Shown here piece by piece: positions 64,000-64,000 of a stretch of 64,000 nucleotides of DNA (within the stretch, counting starts at the first letter, position 1; every line of letters begins with the position of its first letter). Location of the stretch: the IMG/VR virus record IMGVR_UViG_3300028833_000077. The stretch is one strand, 5' to 3'. The notes under the pieces were generated by a model. That model was given only the letters and a program-made list of their open reading frames with translations. It made no database searches and was not told where the DNA came from. Source of the DNA: a virus (lineage: Duplodnaviria > Caudoviricetes). Position numbers and translations under genes: made by a program.

Positions 64000-64000
64000 G

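Noticed and set aside
1-64000. Stop-codon reassignment (TAG or TGA), known in some crAss-like phages
   Set aside because: Multi-kilobase ORFs are intact under the standard code and TAG/TGA end genes at sensible boundaries. The only split genes are explained by introns.
1-64000. tRNA genes, CRISPR array, diversity-generating retroelement or retron, invertible fibre locus
   Set aside because: No cloverleaf, regularly spaced repeats, reverse transcriptase, TR/VR pair or recombinase was recognised by eye. tRNAscan or a repeat finder would be needed to be certain.

Overview
A 64-kb segment of a crAss-like (Crassvirales-type) phage genome, most likely infecting a Bacteroidota host (TAnnTTTG promoters, AT-rich translation starts). 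It uses the standard genetic code. The + strand (1-26094) holds the tail and virion-cargo module: a partial tail tubular/ring protein, a free-standing GIY-YIG homing endonuclease, a putative fibre, a 2320-aa tail stabilisation/muzzle protein and four cargo-like proteins. The - strand (26115-64000) holds a P63C-domain cassette, a 1497-aa giant protein, the 3142-aa virion RNA polymerase, about 30 small early-type genes, an ABC-type ATPase, RNase HI, family A DNA polymerase, aspartyl protease, dUTPase, two PD-(D/E)xK nucleases, uracil-DNA glycosylase and rIIB/rIIA-like genes. Two group I introns with LAGLIDADG ORFs split polA and the rIIB-like gene; both splice junctions can be reconstructed. Two signals stand out. 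(1) A class A acid-phosphatase (PAP2/PhoN-like) module with intact catalytic motifs occurs twice: as a stand-alone gene and as an ~880-aa in-frame insertion in the tail muzzle protein. (2) Two distant copies of a promoter-proximal leader RNA, in front of the P63C and RNase H genes, have hairpin loops that differ between copies yet stay complementary within each copy (a covarying kissing-loop/attenuator-like structure). All protein calls come from motif recognition by eye; no database searches were run.
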